Shown: in pieces, positions 7,909-17,228 of the stretch
How the letters are laid out: the number at the start of each line of letters is the position of its first letter
Position numbering within the stretch: position 1 is the first letter of the stretch
Assembly (NCBI GenBank): GCA_050293845.1
Contig: JBNKNM010000046.1
Span: 1-31,478, forward strand
From: Pseudobacteriovorax sp.
GTDB lineage: Bacteria > Bdellovibrionota_B > Oligoflexia > Oligoflexales > Oligoflexaceae
Direction: 5' to 3'
DNA: 31,478 bases
Program-made: the position numbers and the translations under genes
Notes under the pieces: generated by a model
Databases searched by the model: none
What the model was told of the DNA's origin: nothing
Seen by the model: the letters and a program-made list of their open reading frames with translations, nothing else

Positions 7909-8791
7909 TGGTGTTTATACCGCAATAGTGACCCCATTTGATCCAACCGGAGACATCTCTTGGCAAGATTTTGAGAAGGTATTGGATCATCAGGTAGCTG
8001 GCAAAGTCGACGGTGTTGTGGTTGCTGGTACAACAGGGGAATCTCCCACAGTTACAGTGCAAGAAAAATTAGCTCTCATTCGCAAAGCCAGAGCTTACCT
8101 ACCCCAAGATATCAAAGTTATAGCTGGCACCGGAGATAATAATACCCAGCATTCAGTGGAACTGTCGAAACTTGCCGTTGATGCTGGAGCGGATGCTCTG
8201 CTCATCGTCACCCCTCCCTATAATAAACCGAGCCTTGAGGGCTTAAAGCTTCACTTCAACACCATCGCAGCAGCGGTAACCAAACCCATATGTCTCTACC
8301 ATGTGCCAAGCCGCACAGGGCAGTTGCTAAGTCCCCAGGAAATTGCAGAAATTTGCTCCATCAAAGGGGTTGAGGCCGTGAAAGAAGCCAGTGGAGATAT
8401 TGCGCTATTTTCGAGAACGGTAGGGCTTAGCACAGCCTCACTATTAAGCGGCGATGATCCAAGCTTTCTTGGCTCCTTAGCTTGTGGAGGGCAAGGTGTT
8501 ATCAGCGTGGTTTCGAACGTCTTTCCCCAGGCTATGAGGCATATGTATCGGGCTTACAAAGCGGGTGATACCCAGAAAGCTTTGAAAATTCAAAACATTC
8601 TGTTGCCATTTATCGATGTTTTATTTTGCGAGCCGAATCCAGCTCCCTTAAAAGCTGTTTTATCACACATGAATATCTGCCAAGACAAGTTTAGAGCTCC
8701 TTTGGTATCGGTTTCAGCAAGTCACCGCGAAAACATTATAGCTCTTTACACTGAAACCCAGAAGTCACTGGAAGATATTGAGGAATCCTAA
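7898..8791 (+). CDS. dapA: 4-hydroxy-tetrahydrodipicolinate synthase
   Basis: TAIVTPF, GTTGESPT, IAGTG, VTPPYNKP, LYHVPSRTG, Schiff-base KEASG, SGDD, GVISVVSN, EPNPAPLK. Confidence 0.95.
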   Translation: MIINGVYTAIVTPFDPTGDISWQDFEKVLDHQVAGKVDGVVVAGTTGESPTVTVQEKLALIRKARAYLPQDIKVIAGTGDNNTQHSVELSKLAVDAGADALLIVTPPYNKPSLEGLKLHFNTIAAAVTKPICLYHVPSRTGQLLSPQEIAEICSIKGVEAVKEASGDIALFSRTVGLSTASLLSGDDPSFLGSLACGGQGVISVVSNVFPQAMRHMYRAYKAGDTQKALKIQNILLPFIDVLFCEPNPAPLKAVLSHMNICQDKFRAPLVSVSASHRENIIALYTETQKSLEDIEES

Positions 8792-8794
8792 GAT

Positions 8795-9583
8795 ATGATT
8801 AAGACCTGGCTTCACGGACTCAACGGCCGCATGGGCCAAGAAATTAAAGATGAGCTGGCAAAAAGTAAAGAATTATCGTTAATCGGTGGCTCCGGCCATG
8901 AATATTTTTTTTCTGACTCACAAGTAATGAACACCTGTTCCCAAGAAAGCTTGGCCCGGGGCTTAGGTACAGCAGATGTTATCATCGACTTCACCAGCCA
9001 AGCGGGTAATCAAGCCCTACTAGATGCGGCCTCATCCTTAGAAGGCAAAAAATTCCTGATTGGCTCCACAGGACTCAACCGCTCTCAAAGGGACAGCTGG
9101 AAGCAACTATGCAAGAAAGGAAACAGCGTTCTTTTTGCCCCGAATACAAGCCTCGGCATCTTGCTAGTCATGAAATTGTGCCAGGAATCATCTAGGCTGC
9201 TAAACCCACTTGGTTTTGATATTGAGATCTTAGAGACCCATCATCGGAATAAGGCTGATGCCCCAAGCGGAACCGCTAAGTTCTTAGCCGAGCGCATTGC
9301 TGATGTAACTCCCCTACATCCACATTACCAAGGGCGTGAAGGATTGCGAGCCAAAGATCAAATCGGCGTATCTGCCCTACGAGGTGGTTCTGTGTTCGGT
9401 GAACATGAGGTGCGTTTCATGGGCGATAGTGAAGAAATTGCCATTTCCCATCGAGCTTTGAATCGTACCTTGTTTGCCAAGGGTAGTATCGTCCTAGCCA
9501 AGTGGGTAGCTAGCAACGCGTCCCTAGGAAGCTATCATGGCCTGGAAACCATAAGCCTTAGCGATCTTCGAACGGAAGCATAG
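8795..9583 (+). CDS. dapB: 4-hydroxy-tetrahydrodipicolinate reductase
   Basis: GLNGRMG, DVIIDFT, IGSTG, APNTSLG, ETHHRNKADAPSGTA, LRGG..GEHEV, HRA..R..FA.G. Confidence 0.95.
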   Translation: MIKTWLHGLNGRMGQEIKDELAKSKELSLIGGSGHEYFFSDSQVMNTCSQESLARGLGTADVIIDFTSQAGNQALLDAASSLEGKKFLIGSTGLNRSQRDSWKQLCKKGNSVLFAPNTSLGILLVMKLCQESSRLLNPLGFDIEILETHHRNKADAPSGTAKFLAERIADVTPLHPHYQGREGLRAKDQIGVSALRGGSVFGEHEVRFMGDSEEIAISHRALNRTLFAKGSIVLAKWVASNASLGSYHGLETISLSDLRTEA

Positions 9584-9597
9584 GGGGATTCCCTATG
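9579..9597. terminator. Short hairpin spanning the two convergent stop codons
   Basis: CATAGGG-GGATT-CCCTATG; no U-tract. Confidence 0.3.
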
Positions 9598-11575
9598 GCA
9601 TCAATTCAAGTTGGTTACCCATCTGAATAATAGAAGTCAAACCGTTATCCACAGGCACTGTGGATACATCGATCCAATGGTTATTCTCTGTTTCGACAAT
9701 GAGGGTGTAGATTCCCGCTTCGACATTAAAGAATATGAGCTTAATAAATCCATCGTCTGTAGTTCCAAAATACCAAGCTTGCTGTACCTCGCGACCAAAT
9801 TGGTCCACAAGACGAAAGTGTAGAGAATCGGGGCTAATACCGGGTTCGACGCCATGGCGTACGAAAATTTTGCCTAATTCTGGATTAAAGGCAACCCCCG
9901 GAGTCCCATCATCTAGGTACAATAAGTTAAATAGATCTTCGACGAACCCCCTCTGAAGCAGAGTCAATACTTCAGAGTTCATCCCATTTTGACTGTCAGT
10001 AATTTGATCGAAGAAGAACAAAGAGTCTTCAAAATCACCATTTTGAGCAAGCCCATAGAGTCGTCCTCGGTAGAAAGTATAGCCTGGTTCCAAACGTAGC
10101 AGTCCTGGAGCAAGGTACTCAAACTCGTCCCCTTCAGCCGTACTAATATCAAGGTAATCAACATGGTGGTATTTTCCACGACTCTCATCGTCCAAATAAA
10201 CGATATCGGTAACACTGGGAAGAGCTACCGTCTTAGTGATAAGCTCTTTCCCATTAGTCAAGTAAATATCATCTTCAAGATGGGAAGAAACCCCTACTGG
10301 GATAGATGCTGCGCTGCGAAACTCTCCTTCGGTATAGAACTCCAACTCCAAAAGCCCTGGATAAAGATTGAGAAAACAAAATCTTCCATTATCAAAAGTT
10401 GCTTTCCCATAGGGGACAGGAACAAAGTCTTTAAAATAAATGGGACCGACTTCAATGGGATATCTCGTCCCATCGACCTCTATATCTTTAGAGCCAACCC
10501 CATTTTTTATCCTTACTTCAACGCCAGAAAGGGGAAAAATACCATCATCAGACATTACTCTCATGCATAGGGACGAAAAATCTGCAAGCTGGGGAACATC
10601 AAGAATCCGCTCATAAATGTTGAAGATGCGATCTCGAAGGGTCTTAACAACAAACAACTCATCATGGGAACCTTGTTCAGTGGCAATTTCCACTAATTGA
10701 TCCCGAATCCGTCCATGCCGATCGTGAATACGTGCAAAGAAACGGCTACCGGCCGGGATATCAGCAATTTCCACAATACCGCGCGCATCAGATAATCCTT
10801 TAAAAGCGCTTCCCACCAGGGAAACTTCAACTCCAGAAACGGTGTGACGATCATATTTTTCAGAAAACTCATTGACAAGCTGGATAGCGATGGTTTTGAA
10901 AACAAGATCTTGGCTGCGTTTTTGGAGCTTTACCAAACCATCAAATCCGATTTGATGGTCATCTGTTGATTCTCTAACGCTTCGTGCTACCGACTTCGGT
11001 TCGTAAGGTTGCGAAATACGTCCCAAATTTATGTCAGTGGCAATAGAAACATTTTTAGTCACGCGAACCAGTTCCTCGTCCAACTCAAGATCTTTTTGGC
11101 CCACTCTGATTTTAGCAATGGTCATCTGGTCACCATTGACGACGAAAAGTTCCGTTTCTCCAAGTTTTTTCGCTATAAGAGCCCGTTCGCTTTGCACCCA
11201 GTGGGCCACAGAATCATCTCGAATGAATATTTGACTCTGCTCGGAAAGCCATGAACCAAGCTCAATTTTTTCATTTGGTTTTTGGAAAACTATGGTTTGA
11301 CCCTTGATGTGAGTCAGAGCCGGGTCTAGAGCTATACATTCTTTACATGGGTGGGATTCTGGGGATACGCGATAGCCTTGTATGGGTGAAATTCCCAGCA
11401 ATTCTGACACCCGTAATTCCGCATGTAGCAGGCTTTGTACTGATTTACCATAGCTTCGAAATGGTAATTCTAGGGTGCTATCCTTAAAATAATCCTTGCC
11501 CGCTGCTGAAGAGTCAAATAGACTAGTTACAGTCAATATTACAATCAATGGAATATATCTAACAAAACGATCCAT
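9593..11575 (-). CDS. Hypothetical secreted protein, 660 aa, with repeated beta-sandwich (carboxypeptidase-regulatory-like) segments
   Basis: Signal peptide; recurring motifs SDARGIVEIADIPAG, TFDNGRFCFLNLYPG, FIKLIFFNVEAGIYTLIV. Confidence 0.6.
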   Translation of the reverse strand: MDRFVRYIPLIVILTVTSLFDSSAAGKDYFKDSTLELPFRSYGKSVQSLLHAELRVSELLGISPIQGYRVSPESHPCKECIALDPALTHIKGQTIVFQKPNEKIELGSWLSEQSQIFIRDDSVAHWVQSERALIAKKLGETELFVVNGDQMTIAKIRVGQKDLELDEELVRVTKNVSIATDINLGRISQPYEPKSVARSVRESTDDHQIGFDGLVKLQKRSQDLVFKTIAIQLVNEFSEKYDRHTVSGVEVSLVGSAFKGLSDARGIVEIADIPAGSRFFARIHDRHGRIRDQLVEIATEQGSHDELFVVKTLRDRIFNIYERILDVPQLADFSSLCMRVMSDDGIFPLSGVEVRIKNGVGSKDIEVDGTRYPIEVGPIYFKDFVPVPYGKATFDNGRFCFLNLYPGLLELEFYTEGEFRSAASIPVGVSSHLEDDIYLTNGKELITKTVALPSVTDIVYLDDESRGKYHHVDYLDISTAEGDEFEYLAPGLLRLEPGYTFYRGRLYGLAQNGDFEDSLFFFDQITDSQNGMNSEVLTLLQRGFVEDLFNLLYLDDGTPGVAFNPELGKIFVRHGVEPGISPDSLHFRLVDQFGREVQQAWYFGTTDDGFIKLIFFNVEAGIYTLIVETENNHWIDVSTVPVDNGLTSIIQMGNQLELMP

Positions 11576-11618
11576 GGTGTTCCCAGACCTTCCTGAAGTC
11601 TTTGGTCTTTGAAGTCAT

Positions 11619-11645
11619 TATTCGGAAGGAGTGTCTATCTCTTGA
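11619..11645 (-). promoter_or_regulatory. Putative sigma28 (FliA) promoter of the 660-aa protein
   Basis: Minus strand TCAA-N15-TCCGAATA versus consensus TAAA-N15-GCCGATAA. Confidence 0.55.
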
Positions 11646-11762
11646 GCCACCTCATAGCAATTATTATACTACATAATGGTCTGTTATTACCCTTCCTCGC
11701 ACATATTGCCCATTGGCAGAGCATATATATACACCAGGGAATATGAAAAAACCATTTATGGG

Positions 11763-12347
11763 TCAAAAATTTGAGTCAAGAGACAGCTTAATTTCTGGCA
11801 AGAGTAAAATCTGAAAGAGTGACTGAGTCTCCCGACTCCACGAAGTTAATTGTAACTTTTTTTCATATTCAAAAATTTTTGCCTTTGCATCTACGATGCT
11901 TTTAGCACCCTTAGCCTCGATTTCAATGCACTTCACCGACCGCTTGCCAAAGGTAGCTTCATAATAGACCACCTCGCACTGGGGAAAATAATAAGCCCAG
12001 ACCTTTTTTTGAATAATTCCCTGCCATAATATTCCTAACGTCTTTAAAAAAGCGTCCACGTAGTCTTTCTGATCACCCCACTGATGTCCCAGCATTAAAT
12101 TTACCTCAGTCCGCACATCGGGGTCATCGCTAAGGCTTTTTACTGTCAGTTGTTGAATCTCATGATCAATTCTGTGACGAAATATATGGCCCGGACATCC
12201 TTTTGTGACGTAATAAGTATCATTCACGGCGACAATGGACTCACCGGTTGGCCCTAGTGATTGCACCTGATCAATAAAATTATCGGGGATAAAATCATTA
12301 GTTAACAGATACTTATGTTCGATTTCTAGAAACTGTATTTCCGACAA
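11763..12347 (-). CDS. CYTH-domain protein (triphosphate tunnel metalloenzyme / class IV adenylate cyclase-like)
   Basis: N-terminal ExExK (EIEHK), DTYY, RHR, LTVK, RTEVNL, IEIE. TTG start after GAGGGT. Confidence 0.75.
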   Translation of the reverse strand: MSEIQFLEIEHKYLLTNDFIPDNFIDQVQSLGPTGESIVAVNDTYYVTKGCPGHIFRHRIDHEIQQLTVKSLSDDPDVRTEVNLMLGHQWGDQKDYVDAFLKTLGILWQGIIQKKVWAYYFPQCEVVYYEATFGKRSVKCIEIEAKGAKSIVDAKAKIFEYEKKLQLTSWSRETQSLFQILLLPEIKLSLDSNF

Positions 12348-12354
12348 TTCACCC

Positions 12355-13296
12355 TCACAAATGGTAAGTCAAGCGGACAATATTTCGAAATGAGCGTCCA
12401 ATCTTATCAACTTTTTCCCTAAAGTAATCCCTATAAAATATATAAGACTCATTGGAAAGGACCCAGCTCCCATTTAAGGCATATTTACCTTTCACCAAAT
12501 AGAATGAGGACTTCATTACCTTATATTGGGAGCCTAAATCGTCGTCTACAATCTGATAAAATGGTGTTTGCCGATTCACTAAATAACCTGTTACGGCTAT
12601 ACTCGCCCTCCTTAAATAGGCTGGATAGACAGTGATGCCCATCATTATAGCTCCAAACAGGGTCGATTTATCTTCTATTATAGGGCCCTCTTCCAATAAA
12701 GTGGCTCGATCTTGAGGGGCCATCTGAGCCTCAGTAACAGTCTGATCCCTGGAATATAACCGAGTCCACACATCAATGCCGGCTTTCAGGTCGACACCAA
12801 TACCATTAAAATGATTTTTCAGAATTCCGGTAGGAGCGATACCAACTGTGTAAACACTCCCTTGAAGCTCTGGATTGCTAAGCTCCTCATCGTATCCAGC
12901 ATCAGAAAATGGTAGGTGAACAATATTATATTGATGTATCTGCCCCCAACTTCCAAAACTGGGATAAAAAGAAAGTTCCATGTAAGGCCTCTTTTGAATG
13001 AGCCTCTGTGTATCCGTTCTCTTAATCGCCCCTACAACTCCAAACAACTCAGCCTGACCATTCCAAAACTGCAATCCAACCCGCCCCCGTAGTTGCAATG
13101 CATTGAGCTCAGCGGCGTTTGACAAAGGAAGGCGATTGCTGAAATGAAAATGTCCCATTTCAATGGTCCCCCTCACTTTAGAATCGCGCCCTAAGGGTAG
13201 GCGTTCCTGTCTCAGCTCAATATCTTGATCGATTTGAGCCCAACTAATCTCGGCAAGCAGTGTAAAAGTAAGCGATAGGATCGCAAGTAAAGTCAT
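12355..13296 (-). CDS. Hypothetical exported, probable outer-membrane beta-barrel protein
   Basis: Signal peptide ending SWA, alternating strands, C-terminal NIVRLTYHL. Confidence 0.55.
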   Translation of the reverse strand: MTLLAILSLTFTLLAEISWAQIDQDIELRQERLPLGRDSKVRGTIEMGHFHFSNRLPLSNAAELNALQLRGRVGLQFWNGQAELFGVVGAIKRTDTQRLIQKRPYMELSFYPSFGSWGQIHQYNIVHLPFSDAGYDEELSNPELQGSVYTVGIAPTGILKNHFNGIGVDLKAGIDVWTRLYSRDQTVTEAQMAPQDRATLLEEGPIIEDKSTLFGAIMMGITVYPAYLRRASIAVTGYLVNRQTPFYQIVDDDLGSQYKVMKSSFYLVKGKYALNGSWVLSNESYIFYRDYFREKVDKIGRSFRNIVRLTYHL

Positions 13297-13375
13297 AAGC
13301 TAATCTCCCGCTATTGCTACTGGAGATATTATAACCTATTACCTAAAGATGGTTGAAACGACTTAGTTATGTAGT

Positions 13376-13402
13376 TTATCGTCACACCAGCTCTCCACTT
13401 AC
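13376..13402 (-). promoter_or_regulatory. Putative sigma28 promoter of the OMP-CYTH pair
   Basis: Minus strand GTAA-N15-GACGATAA; a TATAAT also lies closer to the gene (13328-13333). Confidence 0.5.
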
Positions 13403-13428
13403 AAGCCGACCCTCGAGACTGAATACTC

Positions 13429-14832
13429 TTAATCCATGCTTTGAATAGTAAATAGATTACTATCCTGTATCCCTATGGATGAATGGGAAACAGATACAAA
13501 TACATACTTATCCCCTGAAGCGAGCCAACTTCTTTTGGATAGGATACTGTTGATGAGAGGCAAAACCTGATCAATCTGAGGTAATTCGTCGATACATACT
13601 CCATCCACACCTCTTACGAGTTTCAATCGTCGTACCACATCCCGTGATAACGAAATTGCAATAATAGGAGTATCATTGTCAAAGGAAGAGAGATGGATTG
13701 CAGTATTACCCATTTTAGTAATACAAACGATCGCCTTAGCATTATTACGGAAAGCTGCTCGATAGGCTGCGTAGGTTACAGCATGAATCTCATCTTTTAC
13801 TGCCGGAAGCTCCTTTTGCCAGTTTAAAGCTATCTCTTGGGAAGATCCCTCGACATCAACAATAGTTTTCTGGGCAAGATCCAAGCCCCGGACTGCAAAT
13901 TTACCTTCAGCGAGGCCCTCAGAAAGCACAATAGCATCTGCCCCATCTAGTACGGCGTTACCAATATCAGAAACCTCTGCCCGTGTCGGTGTCGCATTAT
14001 GCCTCATTGAGGCCAACATATCACTGGCAACTAAACTGATTTTAGTATTGTCTTTACAGGTTTGGATGACTTCCTTTGTGATCATGGGTATTACAGCGGG
14101 ATCAATGTCAATGGCAAGCTCTACACGAGAAAGTACGACACCATGAACGAGGGGCAAAAGCTTTTCTAGGTTTTTATAGGTATCATGGGAGCCTACTTTC
14201 AGGAGAACCCATGGTCGATGGGAACCTTTTTCAATTTTCTTAATGACTTTTTCCAGCTCTATATAAGACTCAAAGGAAGGAAGAATAATGAAGTCCACAA
14301 TTTTATTCTCACAGGCAATCCAGGCTTCCTCAGGAATATCCTCTAGTGTAGGAGCCACTAGTGTAGAGGGAACATAAATTTCAGTCTTATCAAATAAATG
14401 ACCCCCTTGAACCACTTCCAAATGACAATCGTCCGCGGTAGTACTGAGTACTTTTAAAACACAGCCAGTACCACAGTAAACTAGAGCATCATTCTGAAAA
14501 AGATTATCCCATACCGAAGTTTTTAAGGACAGTTGACCGCTACCCACTTCTCTATTGAGAGTAACCGCTTCACCGAACTTTAGTTCAAGTTCATTAACAG
14601 ATGAGGTAATAATCCCCCTTGGCTGGCTATAGAGATCTACAAGAATAGGAATTTCATCATCCCTGGGGTTTAAACTAGCTAAAAATTCTAAACTTTGTCC
14701 CATTTTCCCAGGCTCAGCAACAATGCGAATGGCATCGACCTGTTGGGAGTTAATGGTAGGAAGTAGGGTAGCATCTAAGACACTACTCTTAAATGACCAA
14801 ACAACACTTGTCCGTCTACCTTGAATCAACAT
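13429..14832 (-). CDS. pyk: Pyruvate kinase-like protein with a degenerate active site
   Basis: Full PK architecture: PTRAEVSDIGNAVLDGADAIVLS, C-domain AKAIVCITKMGNTA, RRLKLVRGV. Canonical RLNFSHG, DTKGP, KIE, RGDLG and TQM are all altered. Confidence 0.75.
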   Translation of the reverse strand: MLIQGRRTSVVWSFKSSVLDATLLPTINSQQVDAIRIVAEPGKMGQSLEFLASLNPRDDEIPILVDLYSQPRGIITSSVNELELKFGEAVTLNREVGSGQLSLKTSVWDNLFQNDALVYCGTGCVLKVLSTTADDCHLEVVQGGHLFDKTEIYVPSTLVAPTLEDIPEEAWIACENKIVDFIILPSFESYIELEKVIKKIEKGSHRPWVLLKVGSHDTYKNLEKLLPLVHGVVLSRVELAIDIDPAVIPMITKEVIQTCKDNTKISLVASDMLASMRHNATPTRAEVSDIGNAVLDGADAIVLSEGLAEGKFAVRGLDLAQKTIVDVEGSSQEIALNWQKELPAVKDEIHAVTYAAYRAAFRNNAKAIVCITKMGNTAIHLSSFDNDTPIIAISLSRDVVRRLKLVRGVDGVCIDELPQIDQVLPLINSILSKRSWLASGDKYVFVSVSHSSIGIQDSNLFTIQSMD

Positions 14833-14851
14833 TGTTCCATATCCTATACAG

Positions 14852-15721
14852 CTATATGAGGCTTTCTCCCATTCTTACCGCTCGTTTTCCTACGAACTTA
14901 ATGGGAGGTAGATTTTCCATAGCCTGGTGATCAAAAACTAGCACTACTGTAGAACCTAACATAAAAGTACCTAACTCATCACCTGGCTTTAAATAAACCT
15001 CTTTTTCCATTTCAAATGTTTTACATCGAACTTTTTTAAAATAATCGTTGGAGAAAAAATTTTTTAAAAATGGGCTTACAATGCGACCTACATTTAATGC
15101 CCCCACCATAACAACATGAACAAACCCTCCCCCTTCCAATTCTATATCGAATACCATCCGCTCATTACGGATAAATAGATTTGGTAGCCACTTTACAAAA
15201 GGTTCATTGACTGGCCAGAGATCACCCGGAATATATCTTATAAACCTTAAACGACCTGAAACCGGGCTATGGACGCGATGATAATTATGGGGAGCCAGAT
15301 AAATCGTTGAAAATATTATAAAATTTAACTTTTTTGTAGCAGGTGAAGCTTCCGGACCAAAAACTAATTCTTTCGTGTCATAATATAGGCCTTTTGCTTG
15401 GATCGCCGCTCCATCCTCGAGATGGCCACCCTGACTCCACATGCCATCAGCTGGGGAAACTAGCTCACCTTGGATTTCTCTGCTGTTAGGCTTCAGCTTG
15501 CGCGTAAAAATATCTTCAATGGTGTGATATTCCTGGAGGGGCTTTTCCGCCTCTTTCATATTTAGCTTAAAAGATAACACAAAAAGCCTATTCAATACCG
15601 GGCTGAGCAAAGGAACCCTTTGCCTTACTATAGTTCCTAGTACGAAACTTGAAAAATTTTGAGGATATATCTTTCCCAACATCGATAACTTTGACAATAG
15701 ATTATGCCTTTCTTCATACAT
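14852..15721 (-). CDS. psd: Phosphatidylserine decarboxylase proenzyme
   Basis: FTRKLK, SPADG, QAKG, YLAPHNYHRVHSP, RNER, VGALNVG, self-cleavage motif LGST. Confidence 0.95.
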   Translation of the reverse strand: MYEERHNLLSKLSMLGKIYPQNFSSFVLGTIVRQRVPLLSPVLNRLFVLSFKLNMKEAEKPLQEYHTIEDIFTRKLKPNSREIQGELVSPADGMWSQGGHLEDGAAIQAKGLYYDTKELVFGPEASPATKKLNFIIFSTIYLAPHNYHRVHSPVSGRLRFIRYIPGDLWPVNEPFVKWLPNLFIRNERMVFDIELEGGGFVHVVMVGALNVGRIVSPFLKNFFSNDYFKKVRCKTFEMEKEVYLKPGDELGTFMLGSTVVLVFDHQAMENLPPIKFVGKRAVRMGESLI

Positions 15722-15787
15722 GTATTACATGTATCACATGTATTGTGTAATTTCGACGTAATATGTATTACATGTTTTGCATGTACT
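15718..15787. repeat. Two blocks of three 9-bp tandem units with a palindromic ACATGT core
   Basis: ACATGTATT ACATGTATC ACATGTATT (15718-15744) and ATATGTATT ACATGTTTT GCATGTACT (15761-15787). Confidence 0.8.
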
Positions 15788-17102
15788 CTTCAAAAACTGA
15801 ACTTGCGCTTTTATATTGACGCAACTTCCTAGATTCCTTACTCACTCCACGCTGTTTCGGAATTGGTTTCAGCAAGCCAAGGTTGGCGTTCATGGGCTGG
15901 AAGTCACCGCAACCGCCATCAACAATATGATGATACAATCCTCCCATTATCGTATTGTGGGGGGGCATTAAAAACCGGCTACCCATCATTTTTGAGGAGG
16001 CAGCTCTTCCCGCTAATAGGCCCATAGCGGCAGATTCTGTATACCCTTCCACACCGGAAATTTGACCTGCTAGGAAAATCCTAGGACTAGCTTTAAGCGA
16101 TAGGTCCGCATTCAATAACTTTGGGCTATTTAGGTAGGTATTCCGGTGAACCGAGCCAAGCTTAAAAAACTCAGCCTCCGCCATACCAGGAAGGCTGCGA
16201 AATATACGAGTCTGCTCTGGCCACTTCATCTTAGTCTGAAAGCCGACCATGGAAAACATAGCACCATGGCGGTCTTCCATGCGTAACTGAACCGCTGCAT
16301 AAGGGCGCCTTCCTGTTCTAGGATCAACTAACCCTATGGGCTTCATGGGTCCATAGCGGAGGGTATCAACACCACGCTCAGCCATAACTTCTATAGGTAA
16401 GCAAGATTCAAAGTATTTCGCCTTCTCAAAGCTGTGAAGAGGGACCTTTTCAGCATCGCAAATATCTTTAACAAACTGAATATATTGATCTTTACTGAGA
16501 GGGATATTCAAGTAATCCCCATCGCCTGGCTTTTGCCAGCGATTGGCTCGGAAAATAACCTCTGGATTTATGGAGTCTGCTTCTACAACCGGCGCGATGG
16601 CGTCATAGAAGTAGAGTTCTTCTCTGCCGCATAAGTGAGAGAGACTTTCAAACAGGTTTTCTGAAGTGAGGGGTCCTGAAGCAATGATCCAAAGGTCTTG
16701 ACTCTCCTCGATCTCTGACACAGAAGGCAGTTGGGAAATTTCTTCTGAACACAACTTGAAGCGGTCATAACTGTGCAGCTGCTCGAAAATAAACTGGGAG
16801 AAGAGCCGACGGTCGACGGCTAGAGCCTGACCTGCAGGGACACTATTCTTAAAGGCCGCTTGAACAATCAAGGAGTTAAAGCATGCCATCTCCTGTTTTA
16901 ATAGGGAAGGTGCCGTTCCTTCCTTTGTAGATTTCAGAGAGTTTGAGCATACTAGCTCTGCCAAATCACCAGTTTTGTGGGCTGCTGTTTGTCTTTGAGG
17001 TCGCATCTCATAAAGCCTAACACTGCACCCAGCCATTAGAGCCTGCCAAGCAGCTTCACATCCTGCTAGCCCACCACCAACGATATTGATAACACCTGTC
17101 AC
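15768..17102 (-). CDS. trmFO: Folate/FAD-dependent tRNA (uracil-54-C5)-methyltransferase TrmFO (Gid)
   Basis: IVGGGLAGCEAAWQ, YEMRP, AELVCSNS, PAGQALAVDR, YFYDAIAP, GPMKPIGL, MVGFQT, HRNTYL, AGQISGVEGY, FQPMNAN. GTG 17102 after AAGGAGG. Confidence 0.95.
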   Translation of the reverse strand: MTGVINIVGGGLAGCEAAWQALMAGCSVRLYEMRPQRQTAAHKTGDLAELVCSNSLKSTKEGTAPSLLKQEMACFNSLIVQAAFKNSVPAGQALAVDRRLFSQFIFEQLHSYDRFKLCSEEISQLPSVSEIEESQDLWIIASGPLTSENLFESLSHLCGREELYFYDAIAPVVEADSINPEVIFRANRWQKPGDGDYLNIPLSKDQYIQFVKDICDAEKVPLHSFEKAKYFESCLPIEVMAERGVDTLRYGPMKPIGLVDPRTGRRPYAAVQLRMEDRHGAMFSMVGFQTKMKWPEQTRIFRSLPGMAEAEFFKLGSVHRNTYLNSPKLLNADLSLKASPRIFLAGQISGVEGYTESAAMGLLAGRAASSKMMGSRFLMPPHNTIMGGLYHHIVDGGCGDFQPMNANLGLLKPIPKQRGVSKESRKLRQYKSASSVFEEYMQNM

Positions 17103-17177
17103 CCTGCCTCCTTTACGGCCTTTATTAAGCAGATCACATAGATCTGCTATATCCAAAATCCGGGATATATAGCCTCA

Positions 17178-17215
17178 AAATCAAGAGGGGTGCAGCAAAA
17201 AATGATGACACCCCT
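17178..17215 (-). terminator. Possible terminator after tpiA
   Basis: AGGGGTG/CACCCCT inverted repeat (17186-17215) followed on the minus strand by CTTGATTTT. Confidence 0.45.
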
Positions 17216-17228
17216 GCTAATTATGATA

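Noticed and set aside
15718..15787. Repeat array as a CRISPR or iteron origin
   Set aside because: Units are 9 bp and contiguous with no spacers; no cas or rep gene nearby.
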